A stretch of 63,856 bases of DNA, filler included, from Aduncisulcus paluster (GCA_024181965.1; 27 parts of 27 records of this genome joined end to end with filler, not necessarily neighbours in it), one strand, 5' to 3'. Shown: positions 11,283-23,893, counted from the whole stretch's first letter. The notes: generated by a model from the letters alone, not told the origin. Translations and numbers: made by a program.

Positions 11283-12775
11283 CTTCCATTTGTCGGAATA
11301 GGAATCACACCGATTTAGCAAATACTTGCTATATGTCGCTTGCTTTGCATAGTCCTTGTATTTTTCCATCTCATCATCAAATCTTGAATTCATCTGACGA
11401 GAAATGCAAGGATATTCAGATAAATTGGTTAAAAGTTCAGCCCAAGGTCTGAAAAAACCATGCTGCTCAACAGTTTCAAGAAGAATATCTTTAAGATTAT
11501 CGTATATTTCAATAGCTTGTGTTGAAATGCAAGCCAAGTTTGCAAAGAATAAAAAACAATCTGGAACACTTCTACAAAACAATTCGGGCGTAATACGTTT
11601 GGTGTCAGAATCTACAATTATATCCAAAATCGGATAGAAAAGAAACCAGAGCTGAGAGCATCGACCTTCATTCGGAATGAAATTAAACCGACGTGAAGGT
11701 GAATAAGTATTGGTTTTGTCAATGGTGATATTGCTCAAAAAAATCATCCACCATTTCAGAGCTATATCAGAAGGATATTTCTTCATCCAAGGCAAAATGT
11801 GAGGAAGAAGAAGCGTCAAGAGTGGATCTTTCAGAGTGGAATCATCTGTAAAATTGAACCATTGACATATTTCAACAATATTCTCTACAAGTTCTATATT
11901 AAATGTTTTCACTTGTCCAAGAGTAAATATTTCACTAAGAAGAGGAGAAATTTGATGGAATATCGAAACTCGGAGAGAAAAACAGCGTTGTACAGTATAT
12001 AGCACCATTTTAAAAAAATCTACAGTAATAGAATTAATATCAGCTAATTCCTTATCTTGTTCTCTTAAAAGAGTTTCTACCTGGATCATGTAAGGCAAAA
12101 ATTGATTTAATTCAACAGTATTATCATAACTAATTCGATTCGAAGCGAAAAGACCTAAACATTTGAAACACATCGCAATTTCCTCTCGATGAGAAATAAT
12201 GGTTTCATTAGATGTACAAAATTGCCAAAAGACAACACTAATAGTTGAGAAAGATCGATAGTATAAATCGTCAAGATCAGACGATTTGGGAATAGAATTT
12301 GATAACCAAACTAAATAAGGCAAAGTGTCTGNNNNNNNNNNNNNNNNNNNNCTTGTCCAAGAGTAAATATTTCACTAAGAAGAGGAGAAATTTGATGGAA
12401 TATCGAAACTCGGAGAGAAAAACAGCGTTGTACAGTATATAGCACCATTTTAAAAAAATCTACAGTAATAGAATTAATATCAGCTAATTCCTTATCTTGT
12501 TCTCTTAAAAGAGTTTCTACCTGGATCATGTAAGGCAAAAATTGATTTAATTCAACAGTATTATCATAACTAATTCGATTCGAAGCGAAAAGACCTAAAC
12601 ATTTGAAACACATCGCAATTTCCTCTCGATGAGAAATAATGGTTTCATTAGATGTACAAAATTGCCAAAAGACAACACTAATAGTTGAGAAAGATCGATA
12701 GTATAAATCGTCAAGATCAGACGATTTGGGAATAGAATTTGATAACCAAACTAAATAAGGCAAAGTGTCTGTCAT
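11283..12775 (-). CDS. Helical (ARM-like) multicopy hypothetical protein; 5' part duplicated across the gap at 12332
   Basis: Long ORF; identical MTDTLPYLVWLSN...FTLGQ segment on both sides of the 20-N gap. Confidence 0.7.
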
Positions 12776-12989
12776 AAATTAATATCCTTGAGAGACTTTT
12801 AAATTTTATATTCTTGTAGTTTCGTCATCAAAACGAGTTTGTTTCGAAATCCGATCATGTCAATTGTAATGACCCAATTAAAACAATAATCGGTTGCCTT
12901 TATTATAATTAGCAACAACTAAAACCTTCCTTTTCGATTTTTTAAAATACAAAATTCCAATACTATGTTGATGGCATCAAAATATCGAA

Positions 12990-13015
12990 GTGTGTGTGTG
13001 TGTGTGTGTGTGTGT
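12990..13015. repeat. (GT)n microsatellite
   Basis: Seen directly in the sequence. Confidence 0.95.
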
Positions 13016-14031
13016 TAATCCCTCTCCGTCTGATTGGTTGCAATACATACCAGAAACATTATCAATAAAGGCCTTTTCGACATGTTCAACTTTCAGTCTT
13101 GGCAGATGTCTCAACAACAAAGATTAAACCATGTATATTTTAGCAAATTCCTCACCCTCATCTCTCTCAACTTCTCTACTCTTTTCAAGATCACATTTGT
13201 TTGTTTCCAACAAGCATAATTTGAATGTCAGAAGAGGCATATTTCCTGACTTCTCCGAGCCAAAGTGGGAAGATGTTCGAAAGTAGCATGCCTAGTGATA
13301 TAGTACACAACTATAACTCCTTCAACATGTCCGAAATAACAACGAGTAAGAGGTTTGAAAGTAATCTGTCCAGAACTATCCCAAATATCGAGTGTGAATT
13401 GACTTCTTCTGTTATTCAATAGTTTTTGTCATCTGAAATTTCTAATCGATAAACTAAATATCATAGCTCACAATATTATATTGTTGTCAAGAAAGAAAAG
13501 AGAATTTGAATCTTGTTCACGATCAAAGTTTGAAAACAAGAAACAATGGATATGTCAAGGTACCGATGATATTCACGGGATATAGATGCAACTTAACATC
13601 ATGAAGGAGAACAGAAGATATTTTATAATTCGATATGTTGGCAAAACTGGGACTTATGAGACGATTTTATGTCGGGAGTGGATTCACAAGGATGGCTTGC
13701 AATATATGAAACAAAGGAAAAGTCAACACATATTTATTTATATATTATGCAATATCACTTTCCGTGATTGTCAGACGGGGGTTGTGAGTTTGGTCGTCGT
13801 CTTTTTCTGCGTAAATAACATATTATATATTTACTGTATGCCATATATTTTACTACTTATACATTTAGACATATTTTAATTGGTGACTTCTAATTATACC
13901 CATTATTGTGCTGTGTGGTCGTTTCTTGTTCGTTTTGTTCGTTTTGTCTATGTCTCGGACTGTTCTCTTTAAAATTCGCAATTATTCAGTCTATTTTTAT
14001 TTTTTAGATAAGAAATTCTATCTCTATTCAA

Positions 14032-15195
14032 ATGAGTTTATCCACAGATGCTGTTATTCAAACTGTGGAACCCGAGTTTGTCCTCGAAGTTCGTGTCCTT
14101 GACAAAATGCTACCCTCCTCGGGGTGCACTTATTCTCCAATTCCTGGAGATGCCCCCAATATCAAGAGTGCAGAGCTTCCAACCATCAAAGCAATAGGTA
14201 TACATGAGATTGACCAACAGTTACACGATCAGAGTTCCTCTGCACAACTGATGATGAAAGGAGAGTTGAATCATGGACATTTTACCCATATCTCCATTCC
14301 TTTCTCTTCATCTTCCCCAATGAAAGGGGCTTATATCTGTCTAAAAGTCCATTTACCTCCATCACACCTTATCTTCACTCTCACATCTTCAAAGGGTGAG
14401 AAAACATCCAAGAAATACGAATTTCCTGGAATTATAAGCGGATTTGATCAAAGATATCATTGGTATTTCCTTCCTGTTGATCTCTCTGATGTTGTTCTGT
14501 GTGAGATTACAGGGAGAGGAATAATAGTAGGAATAGAGGGAGAGATTTTTCATATCAAATCCCTTGTTTTCATTAGTAGAGAAGAAACGACTGAAGAAAT
14601 GAAAGCTCGTGAAACCAGAGAGAAACTGTGGTCTGAAGCTCCAGTTGTGAAACCAGAGTTTGTTAAGGCAGGTGGTTTTGGATCTTTTGATAGAAAATCT
14701 ATTCCCATTCCACGTGATGATCCAAGGCTTGTATATCCTTCATTCTCAATGGTTAAGTGCAAGAATGATGTGTATAGCAAGGAATCTAGGTATTATGATC
14801 TGAGTTCAAGAGCACAAAAAATGTTAAAAGGGGAAGGTCATGGATACCGAGGTTGGGGCCCATTTTCCCATCTTTCCATCCCTTTCCCATCACCTAGTCC
14901 TTTGAAAGGTGCTTATATCTGTGGTTATAAGCGTTTCAGTTCACCCTGTCTCCTCTTCACTTTCACTGATTGTGATGGTAAGAAGACATCCAAGAAGTAT
15001 GAATTCACAAGACCGAAATATTGGTATGAATGGCGCTTCCTTCCTATTGATTTGCCGAATGTTGTTTTGTGTGAGATTGAAGGGAAAGGAAGGTGGAATG
15101 AGAAGAACAGTCGAATTTTCGGAATCCTCTCCCTTGTATTTTCTATGCCTGAGGAAATTGCAGCTGAACGATTATCTCTACTTCCATGGAAATAA
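14032..15195 (+). CDS. Lineage-specific protein with two tandem ~190-aa beta-rich domains
   Basis: Two copies of VxPEFV...PIP.D.P...SH(I/L)SIPF.S.SP.KGAYIC...FT.T...G.KTSKKYEF...W.FLP.DL..VVLCEI. Confidence 0.85.
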   Translation: MSLSTDAVIQTVEPEFVLEVRVLDKMLPSSGCTYSPIPGDAPNIKSAELPTIKAIGIHEIDQQLHDQSSSAQLMMKGELNHGHFTHISIPFSSSSPMKGAYICLKVHLPPSHLIFTLTSSKGEKTSKKYEFPGIISGFDQRYHWYFLPVDLSDVVLCEITGRGIIVGIEGEIFHIKSLVFISREETTEEMKARETREKLWSEAPVVKPEFVKAGGFGSFDRKSIPIPRDDPRLVYPSFSMVKCKNDVYSKESRYYDLSSRAQKMLKGEGHGYRGWGPFSHLSIPFPSPSPLKGAYICGYKRFSSPCLLFTFTDCDGKKTSKKYEFTRPKYWYEWRFLPIDLPNVVLCEIEGKGRWNEKNSRIFGILSLVFSMPEEIAAERLSLLPWK

Positions 15196-15650
15196 CCCAA
15201 GGATAATGCTATTGTCTGTAAAGAGGTCAGTCTTCTCAGAAATAATCGTTTGACAGATGTCTGATATGATATCAGTGATATGAATCCCATGGTTTACCAA
15301 GATGATAGATGCCGATTGGAGATGTTAGAGTTATTGAAGGAGGCGGATTTCCCGAGTTTGGTGAGGTTATTGGTATTTCCTTCATGTTGATTTCCCTGAT
15401 GTTGTCACCCTAATACCCCATTTCATCCATACTAACCTTGTTGTCTCATGTTCCATTTGTTTCGTTTCGTTTCGTTTTGTTTCGTTTCGTTGCCCGTTTA
15501 TTGAAGAAAAAGTCGATCAATTGGAATTAACCAATTGTAAAATAAACCCTAAAAGATTGAATCGGGATCGTATCTTGGTGGCGGTTTCTGTTGTTTCCCA
15601 ATACTGTTATTTCATTAAAATAAATGTGCGACAATCAGAATGATGAGAAA

Positions 15651-16391
15651 TTAACATAAGGGAGGAATATCCCGAGGGCATGGTGACTCAGAACGAGATC
15701 TTTGCTCAACCAAACCATTTTGGAACCTTTTCTTCCTTCTTCGAACGAACCAAAAGACTCCCGAAGCGATAACCAAGAGAGAAGAGAACACTATTGCGCC
15801 TCGGCGCATCCATATTATCCAAGCCCTGTATGGATATGTGCATAACTCGCCATGCCACAGATCGTCACAAGAACAAGCATAATAGGAGTAGGTACCAAAA
15901 ATGAATGACATTTTATCATTAAGAACACATTCACCATGCCCCCCACATACAACAGATTCTTCTTCTCCTTCCCCTTCTTCCACTGTATCTACGCCACAAA
16001 CGTCCACTTCACACATGTATCCACCCCAGCCATACTCACATTCACACATTCCATTTCCATCCCCAATAATACACGATCCATGCACACATCCATCACAATT
16101 CTCTCCAGCATCGACACACCACCCTCCAATGGAGCTGAAATGAGTGTCCGATGGACAAATACACTCATGTGTCTCAGCAACACACTCGGCGACATCATCT
16201 CCACAAAGAACTCCATCATCGCTCACTGGACACACTTCCTCACAAGTATCACCATACCATCCATCACCACATTGACAGTAAATTACATAAGCTCCCATTA
16301 CAAATGGGGTCACAGTGATCGAACTATCCTTCACAATCTTACATTGACCCTGTCCTTCAACACATCCTTGGCATTCCTGGTCATCACCACC
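15651..16391 (-). CDS. EGF-repeat type I membrane protein C-terminus (5' partial)
   Basis: Multiple EGF motifs (C.DGWYGDTC, CGGHGEC), a TM helix, then RRRKKR. Confidence 0.85.
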   Translation of the reverse strand, partial: GGDDQECQGCVEGQGQCKIVKDSSITVTPFVMGAYVIYCQCGDGWYGDTCEEVCPVSDDGVLCGDDVAECVAETHECICPSDTHFSSIGGWCVDAGENCDGCVHGSCIIGDGNGMCECEYGWGGYMCEVDVCGVDTVEEGEGEEESVVCGGHGECVLNDKMSFIFGTYSYYACSCDDLWHGELCTYPYRAWIIWMRRGAIVFSSLLVIASGVFWFVRRRKKRFQNGLVEQRSRSESPCPRDIPPLC

Positions 16392-16491
16392 NNNNNNNNN
16401 NNNNNNNNNNNNNNNNNNNNNNNNNNNNNNNNNNNTTAATTAATTAANNNNNNNNNNNNNNNNNNNNNNNNNNNNNNNNNNNNNNNNNNNN

Positions 16492-18838
16492 AAGTGGTTT
16501 GTCTGAGCCAGGGAACGTAGAAGACATCTCTGTACCGGAATTCTCGGGAACAAGAGATCCACGAAGGGAATCAGAAGTTGTATTGCCATCGTGACTCACA
16601 CCAGATGTGCCACCGTTCTTTCCTTGGGAAATACTCTGATCTTCCTTAGCGGAAACAGAACCATCGACATTGGTTGTTGAACGCTGAGATTTGTCCCCTG
16701 GGAATGTTGGTTGATGACCACTTATAGATGACTGTGCCTGCTCTGAAGATGAACCACCAGATTGTCCAACAAAACCACCTTTTCCTTTCTCTCTCTCCCT
16801 CCTTCTGATCTCTGCATCAGTTTGTTGATGGGATATGTCGCCACTCCAACCATCGTGAACAGTCTCGCTTATGGCACCATATCCAGCTCTGACAACCTCC
16901 TCGACACCATTCACTTTCCTTTTGGTTTCACGAGCAGTGTCACCAACACGCTTAACCTCAGTCATCATGTCTTTAAGGAGTTCATTAAGCTTTGTATGAC
17001 GCTTGACGGCAGCACTGCCTGGATCACGAGCAACACTGACTGTCCCACTCAATCTTTCTTCTGTATCCCTCATATCTCGTGTCTTATTAGCAATTGTGGT
17101 CGCAAGTGAATTGAATGCACCCTGCATACGTCGTAGGGCATCAACTTCTTCTTCTTGAGATGTCACAAGAGCTTCACTGACTCTGTCAATAATAGGATTG
17201 TTCAACATCTGTTTCCGATCAGCTTCGGAATGTCTTCGTTCCATCTCATCCTTAATCAGACGATTCATATAAGAGTGTTCTCGCATGACATCGGCAAGGG
17301 CATTGTCAACTTCCTTCCGTTTTCCTTCGCTATCTTTTCCAACAGAACACGTGGAAAGATCTGTCAGAGTACTATTGAGTCGAGCACGGGCTTCTTCCAT
17401 GTTGCGTTTGATTCTTTCAAGATTACGGTTGAATTCATTTCTATTCTTTTGTTCGTCGGCAAGAATCTCTCTTGCTTGCTCTCTTTCTTCAGGTTTGACA
17501 GATGGACTACCCACAAAAGAAGGGGAAATTCTTGGAAGATATTCTGAACGTTCTTTTGAGAAACTCAGGTAACGCAGTTGGACACCGGCACTACTGATGT
17601 GGTGTGATAGTAATCGAAGCAAGGAATGTTTGGAGTCGTTATATCTTGAAACATTGGCAGAGAGGACGGAGATACAATTATTCATGAATTGTTCAATTTC
17701 ATTCCGTTTCATTTTCTTACCAGTTTCAAGAATACGGCCTTGCAAGGCTCTGACGTCATCACGCACACGAGTAAACGCATGTTCCAGCAAGAAAATGCTT
17801 CGGATAACTTCCAAATCACGAGTTCCCCAGACGCTTCCACTGTAACCGGTCAAACCAGCAATTCCTTGACCATCAGAGATATCAGATTCACTGGTCAACT
17901 CTTTCTCAGAATCTGAAGGAAGACGGACAACTTTCCTTAATTTTTGATCATTGGATAAATCAGAAGGAGGGATTTCGATATCAAACACACAGGCTGTGGT
18001 TGGAATTGAACNNNNNNNNNNNNNNNNNNNNACGAGTTCCCCAGACGCTTCCACTGTAACCGGTCAAACCAGCAATTCCTTGACCATCAGAGATATCAGA
18101 TTCACTGGTCAACTCTTTCTCAGAATCTGAAGGAAGACGGACAACTTTCCTTAATTTTTGATCATTGGATAAATCAGAAGGAGGGATTTCGATATCAAAC
18201 ACACAGGCTGTGGTTGGAATTGAACATTCACGGCCACTAGTACACCCACTGCATGTTATATCCCTCCCACTCTCATCATATATAGTGACACCCATACTCA
18301 GAGGATATAAACTATCATCCTTGGACTTCTTTGAGGCTGTTTTATCAGACCCCAAAGGACTCTTTTCTCCTTCATAGAGGCCTAATCCAGCACCAGGGAC
18401 AACATTGCCATTGCTATCCACATACACACCTCCACATGGAACCACATAAGGTCTTGTCTTCACGGGTAATGAAGCGAAAGAATGAGCATGTCCAGACACA
18501 AATAATTCAACATACTGTTCCCTTGTAAGAGTTATCGTGGGGATAGTTGAGCTCATAATACTTGGAGATAAGTAAACAGATGGCATTTCAACATTACCAT
18601 CGGGATCAGAAGCATCAGAACCAGATCTCTTCTTTTTCTTCAGTTTTTGTCTCTCTTTATCTTGTTCCTTGAGGGTTTTAATGAACATTTGCCGTCTTTT
18701 CTCGATCTGACGCTTCCTGTCTTCATTAACACCAACCACAATGGCCTGTCCAATTGTCAGAGGGACGGGTTTGTCAGTGAAGGGATCAGACACACTCAAG
18801 GAAAGTGGAATGAGAATCCTGTCCAATGTCAAACCCAT
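16492..18838 (-). CDS. Coiled-coil region, probable cytoplasmic continuation of the upstream giant Cys-rich protein
   Basis: The two ORFs join across the gap at 18012 through a duplicated segment. The start overlaps the end of the upstream ORF in another frame. Confidence 0.7.
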
Positions 18839-21800
18839 AGCTATTGTGGGTAACGGAGTGGGAAGAAGAAGGAACGGAAGAGAGAGAAAGAGAAGGAAGT
18901 GGGATCATGTTGGAAGATGAGGAAGATGAGGAAGCAGTCACAGTGGGACTATTTCCAGCAATCTCCATGAGACTCTGTTCCTCATGTTTCTGTAATTGTG
19001 GGACAATCTGTTTATCAAACCAAAATTCATTGAAATCGTTCAGATAACTCTCCTCAGAGCCAGAAGGCAAGGGAACGATAGGGAGAAGCGTATGGAAGGC
19101 ACGAGATTCGTCAGTATCATAGCCCCCTGAATATATACAAGTACCAGTGGATATATCACACACACATCCTACAGAGATGGGAACAACATGTCCTGAAGAT
19201 GGTTGGATGACGAATTGGGAATAATTATCAGATGTGATGGCCACACATACCTTTGGAGTTGACTCAAGGCCAGCCTCAGATATCATGGAATCGAGAGAAG
19301 TGCAGGAATCAAGAAGAATGAAAGTTCCAGGGGCAGGATGGAATATAACACCTGGTTCATCGCTTGTGGTTGGAGGATCCACTGAAGGAACGCTGGAAGA
19401 GCGTGATGTGACGGCAGCAGACTCAGTCTCATCAGAGCTACCACTGGCTGGCTCGGCCTCGCTCGTGTTTGTCATTTCCATCTCACTGCGGGCTGAACCG
19501 GTAGTGTCGGCCAGAGACGGCATTCCAAATGCTGTTGAATGTCCCTTCATGCGTTTGATTCCAGTTCGGACACCAATGTTGATACCTTCAGACAGAACGA
19601 CATGACCGTCTTCATCAATGAAATCACCTACAGGAATGTGATCTAGTGATTCATTGCATAAAATACCACCTCCAATACTTACACCGGCATTATTGGCTTC
19701 AGAACCACCACGATGAGAGGCAGAAATGTTTGGGATTCCTTTCTTGTATTTTCCAATCTCACACATCTTGGACCCTGAGGAGTGCAATTGCTTTCCCTTT
19801 TTAGCCAAGGTTGAAATGGCACGATCAATCCTCTTGACGACCTTGGCACGGACAGTGGGATCATCAGTGTTCATCGCAAGATCAAAGGTGCTCACTAAAT
19901 CGAGCATAAGAGGGGTAATATCGTCAAGGGAACTCTCCAAATGCTCCATCTCTTCTAATCGCTTCTTCTTGGCTTGTTCAAGGCATGTTTGTTGTTTTTC
20001 AAGCATGGATACATATCTGTTGGTGAGTTTGTAACTCAGAGAAGATGTATCAAGTGTTTGAGTGGATGTTACTGATGAATCTTTGAGGGACCATGGTAAA
20101 TGAGAAGGATCAAGACCGATGGAAGGCAATCCTTCTTCACGTTCTGCTTTCTTGAAGACGTCTTCAAATAAAAAGGTGTCGTCAGAGTTAAGAATAGGCT
20201 TCGAATAGGATGAAAGATCAATTAAAAGAGTGGATGTTCGACGAGTAAGGAAGTCGCAGAGATCTTTTACGCTCTTATTGCTAATCTGAACAAGTTCTCG
20301 GACTTCTTCAATATCATTCGCAACATCTCCAACAATGGCGTGAGAAGAGTTAGTAAGATCATCGAGCAAGGAAGGAGTATTATATGCTATTAGCTGGGGT
20401 GGGACTCCTTCAATAGGGGTTACGACAACAGGATCGACAGATCTAAGGTTTGTGGTGTCCATCTTCTCTCTGTCTCTTCTTGTGAGATGAGCATACAAGG
20501 AATAACCACCAAGAACGAGGAATATTGATGTTACACACACAATCAAGATATAATACAACAGGAAGAAAGAGGGTTCAATCGAGATCGACTGAGTTATAAC
20601 TGTATTGAAACCGGCTTCAGCAAGAGCGACTTCAGTGGCTGAACGGATAGACTCACCTTCCTTACATCCTTCCCCGTCATCAACAACATTCACATACATC
20701 AACACGTCAATCTTATCCCCAGTATCCACATTAATAGGTTGGAGGACATAATGTCCAACAGAGTCAAAGGGAAGCCCAACAACGGTGCTCTCGTCGCTCT
20801 GAGAAAGATTACTAAGGGCTTGGCGAAGAGGACCGACATCGAGATCAGTGTTATCAGTCAATGCAGATGTAGTCACAAGCTGTGGAACATAGCCACTCAC
20901 AACATCAAACAGAATGACATCTCCAACACGGAGGCATACAATCGGATTTGTGATACCTGTGGATTCGAATGCATAAGCTTTCGAAGAGATTGGAGTATTG
21001 AACAACGGTTGGGAATCATCATCAGCAGAAATAAATGAGAAAGAAGAAGAAGTTTGTTTTGATTGTACAAAGTTATTATTTTGAATAGAATGTGACATGA
21101 GATCCGCATTTATGCTTAATACTGAGAGACTAGACCGAGTTCCAGTGATTCGGTCATACAATACTTGAGGGTCGACATCATAATAACTCACAAACCCATC
21201 ACTTGACAGACTTGTGTATGTTGTCAGACACTCGTCACTTCGGGTACATTCAAGAGAACCAATGAATCCAGCAGCAGCAAGTTCATTTCCATCAAGAGAA
21301 AGAGTGACACCATCTCCCTCATTGACAAGGGATAACTGTGAGCTTGAGACAGCAGGGGTCGAGAGCACAGACGCATTAGCTTGGCAATCATCACCACAAA
21401 CGCTCCACACGGCCTCTTCTCCGGCACAAACACATGTTCCAAAGGTATAAGAATATACTGCCTTACCATTTGGACAAGTGACGATACAATCCATCGAGTC
21501 TTGAGCCTCTTCTTCAGTCATTTGAGTAGATATACAACGACCATAGGAATCATATACTTCTTGGCTTCCACATGGGGATTTGATAATAGGTTGACAGTCT
21601 AACTTTGAATCAGAGTTAGGAGATTCATTCCCAAGTTCGTCAGTGAAAGTGTATCCAGGTTGACAAACACATGATTTGTCACTTCGTTGGAATGTTCTGA
21701 ATCTACCTGTACACTCACACGTGATACTTCCCACAGAACTATTGCTACTCTCACCACAGCTATTACACGCAGCACGACCAGGAAGGAACGAGAATGAATT

Positions 21801-23147
21801 CACACCACACGATACACAACTACTCTCGTCTGTGGCTTTCTTCTTAGGGTTATAAGTACCACTTGGACAAGGGATGGGGGAGACAAGAGGCTGTCCGCTG
21901 TCATCATACTGAGGACAATAATAACCAGCAGGACACTCGTAACCTCCATCTGTGGACTCGTCGACGGGGGTGGCTGTCTTGGCTCCACCAGAACAGATAT
22001 ACCCAGCGTCACAGACTTCCTGACTCAGACCGGCTGTATCGTCACAGTAATACCCAGCAGGACACGACGAACAGCTTGTCTCTTCGTCAATACGCAAGGT
22101 AGACAGAGAGGCGTTTCCGATAGTTCCAGAAGGACAAGTCGTGGGTTCCTCAGACCCAGCAGGACAGAAGGTACCACGGACACATTGGACAGGCTTGACA
22201 CAGGCTTCGGGACAATAATATCCTTCCGGACAGGCCAAACAATCAGTGAGACTCGTTCCCAATGTTGAGCTTCTGTATGTTCCTGCGGGACATTCCACGG
22301 GATCAATCGAGTGAGCTCCACAGTACATTCCTGCAGGGCAAGGGAAAGAAAGGTAGCTCGCAACAGCATCACGGGGGCAGTAATATCCTTCAGGACAGTC
22401 CAAACAATCGGTCACAAGGGTCCGTTGAGTCAGGTTATTGTATGTTCCAGCTGAACAAGCGATTTTCGTAATTCCATCGCTATCCACAGGGTAAGGACAA
22501 TAATATCCAACTGGACATTCCTGGGGAGACACACCTGTACATATGAATCCACTCTGGCAAGGCTGACAGTCGTCTTCAGAAGAACATCCAACTGTGAATG
22601 TCCAAGTGTTCGTTGTTGTACAGAATGTAGGGGTATCACATCCGGCACTGCAGATGAATCCGATTGGGCATGGTTCTCCGATAGTTGCTGGCATCAAGGA
22701 AAGCACAGGGTCATCCAACTTACCAGGAGTGGGGGTATAGGAAGCTGAACGACAGATGTATCCTGCGTCACAGATATCAGTCGTCACAGACACACAATAA
22801 TCATCAGACTCATCCCAACAATCGGGTTCACTGGCGACATCTTCTTCAAACACACAGTAATGACCCACGGGACAAGGGAGACACTGGTCCTCATCAATGA
22901 GTCCAGTAGTGCCATTGCTATAATATCCATCAGGGCATTTAACTGGAGAGCTACAGCCAGCAGCACAATAGTGCCCTGCAGGACAGGACACACGGTGAGA
23001 TCCACCTGTACAAAAATAGCCTTCAGGGCACTCTGTGCACTCACTCTGTCCAACTTCATCAGTGTAGTAACCAGCAGGACAGACGACGTGATCAACAGTG
23101 GCCTTCTCACACATGGAACCAACAGGACATATATATTCCTTTGGAGT
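18786..23147 (-). CDS. GCC2/GCC3 (ephrin-receptor-like) cysteine-repeat modular membrane protein (5' partial)
   Basis: Many CPAGYYC / CPxGTY repeats and a single TM helix (FFLLYYILIVCVTSIFLVLGGYSLYA). Confidence 0.88.
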   Translation of the reverse strand, partial: TPKEYICPVGSMCEKATVDHVVCPAGYYTDEVGQSECTECPEGYFCTGGSHRVSCPAGHYCAAGCSSPVKCPDGYYSNGTTGLIDEDQCLPCPVGHYCVFEEDVASEPDCWDESDDYCVSVTTDICDAGYICRSASYTPTPGKLDDPVLSLMPATIGEPCPIGFICSAGCDTPTFCTTTNTWTFTVGCSSEDDCQPCQSGFICTGVSPQECPVGYYCPYPVDSDGITKIACSAGTYNNLTQRTLVTDCLDCPEGYYCPRDAVASYLSFPCPAGMYCGAHSIDPVECPAGTYRSSTLGTSLTDCLACPEGYYCPEACVKPVQCVRGTFCPAGSEEPTTCPSGTIGNASLSTLRIDEETSCSSCPAGYYCDDTAGLSQEVCDAGYICSGGAKTATPVDESTDGGYECPAGYYCPQYDDSGQPLVSPIPCPSGTYNPKKKATDESSCVSCGVNSFSFLPGRAACNSCGESSNSSVGSITCECTGRFRTFQRSDKSCVCQPGYTFTDELGNESPNSDSKLDCQPIIKSPCGSQEVYDSYGRCISTQMTEEEAQDSMDCIVTCPNGKAVYSYTFGTCVCAGEEAVWSVCGDDCQANASVLSTPAVSSSQLSLVNEGDGVTLSLDGNELAAAGFIGSLECTRSDECLTTYTSLSSDGFVSYYDVDPQVLYDRITGTRSSLSVLSINADLMSHSIQNNNFVQSKQTSSSFSFISADDDSQPLFNTPISSKAYAFESTGITNPIVCLRVGDVILFDVVSGYVPQLVTTSALTDNTDLDVGPLRQALSNLSQSDESTVVGLPFDSVGHYVLQPINVDTGDKIDVLMYVNVVDDGEGCKEGESIRSATEVALAEAGFNTVITQSISIEPSFFLLYYILIVCVTSIFLVLGGYSLYAHLTRRDREKMDTTNLRSVDPVVVTPIEGVPPQLIAYNTPSLLDDLTNSSHAIVGDVANDIEEVRELVQISNKSVKDLCDFLTRRTSTLLIDLSSYSKPILNSDDTFLFEDVFKKAEREEGLPSIGLDPSHLPWSLKDSSVTSTQTLDTSSLSYKLTNRYVSMLEKQQTCLEQAKKKRLEEMEHLESSLDDITPLMLDLVSTFDLAMNTDDPTVRAKVVKRIDRAISTLAKKGKQLHSSGSKMCEIGKYKKGIPNISASHRGGSEANNAGVSIGGGILCNESLDHIPVGDFIDEDGHVVLSEGINIGVRTGIKRMKGHSTAFGMPSLADTTGSARSEMEMTNTSEAEPASGSSDETESAAVTSRSSSVPSVDPPTTSDEPGVIFHPAPGTFILLDSCTSLDSMISEAGLESTPKVCVAITSDNYSQFVIQPSSGHVVPISVGCVCDISTGTCIYSGGYDTDESRAFHTLLPIVPLPSGSEESYLNDFNEFWFDKQIVPQLQKHEEQSLMEIAGNSPTVTASSSSSSSNMIPLPSLSLSSVPSSSHSVTHNSYGFDIGQDSHSTFLECV

Positions 23148-23247
23148 NNNNNNNNNNNNNNNNNNNNNNNNNNNNNNNNNNNNNNNNNNNNTTAATTAAT
23201 TAANNNNNNNNNNNNNNNNNNNNNNNNNNNNNNNNNNNNNNNNNNNN

Positions 23248-23764
23248 AAGACAACTTTTCATAGGCTCGAATCAATTGGCTGGTGTTGGCTGGAGTGGTG
23301 ATGGATTTAATGAAAGCCAGGACGTCAGATGGATTGGAAGACCCAGATCTGAGCTTCCACATTCTATAAAAGGTTCCGGTGACGCACGAATCTGCCTTTT
23401 CCTGTCCTCCTCTAGCCACGTACAATTCATAGTCCTTTATGAATTTGTTAAGGTCTTTTGGTTCCATTGTATTGATCGTGGGCTTTTTAATGTGTGGATC
23501 GATCGTGGATAAGGATTGGGGTATTTGACTCCCATTTTTGGAAGATGTCGATGGAATTGGTGATCCGATCGATTTTGTCATAGTAGGAAGGTGTTTAACC
23601 TCGAGGCGGACGTGTTTATGGATTTCTTGGGAGGCTTCTTCGAACAGTTTGTGAAGATCTCTTTGTTCCGTCTCTGAGAAGTGATCTGGCTGTTTTAAAG
23701 CCTTGATTAATTCTTTAAGTTGATATTTGGCGGTGGTGGCACCGCATTGTGTAGGTGAAGACAT
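23248..23764 (-). mobile_element. Retrotransposon gag-like ORF (3' partial)
   Basis: Lies downstream of the LTR and leader. KPTINTMEPKDLNKFIKDYELY resembles APTLKEYSLENLNDFFLRYEAY in the ORF at 58552. Confidence 0.7.
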
Positions 23765-23893
23765 TGTTATTGTTGCAAACAATGAGTTAATTAAGAAGTT
23801 TGATTGATAATGCTACGAAAGCAGATAAATTTATCTGAAACGGCCGGGGATCGTCGTAGTAATAAAAACTTACACCTTTTGGTGACCCAAATT

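Noticed and set aside
11911-12771. Tandem duplications around 20-N gaps (also at 18012, 35056, 42168, 47782)
   Set aside because: Identical sequence abutting scaffolding gaps indicates unmerged overlaps.
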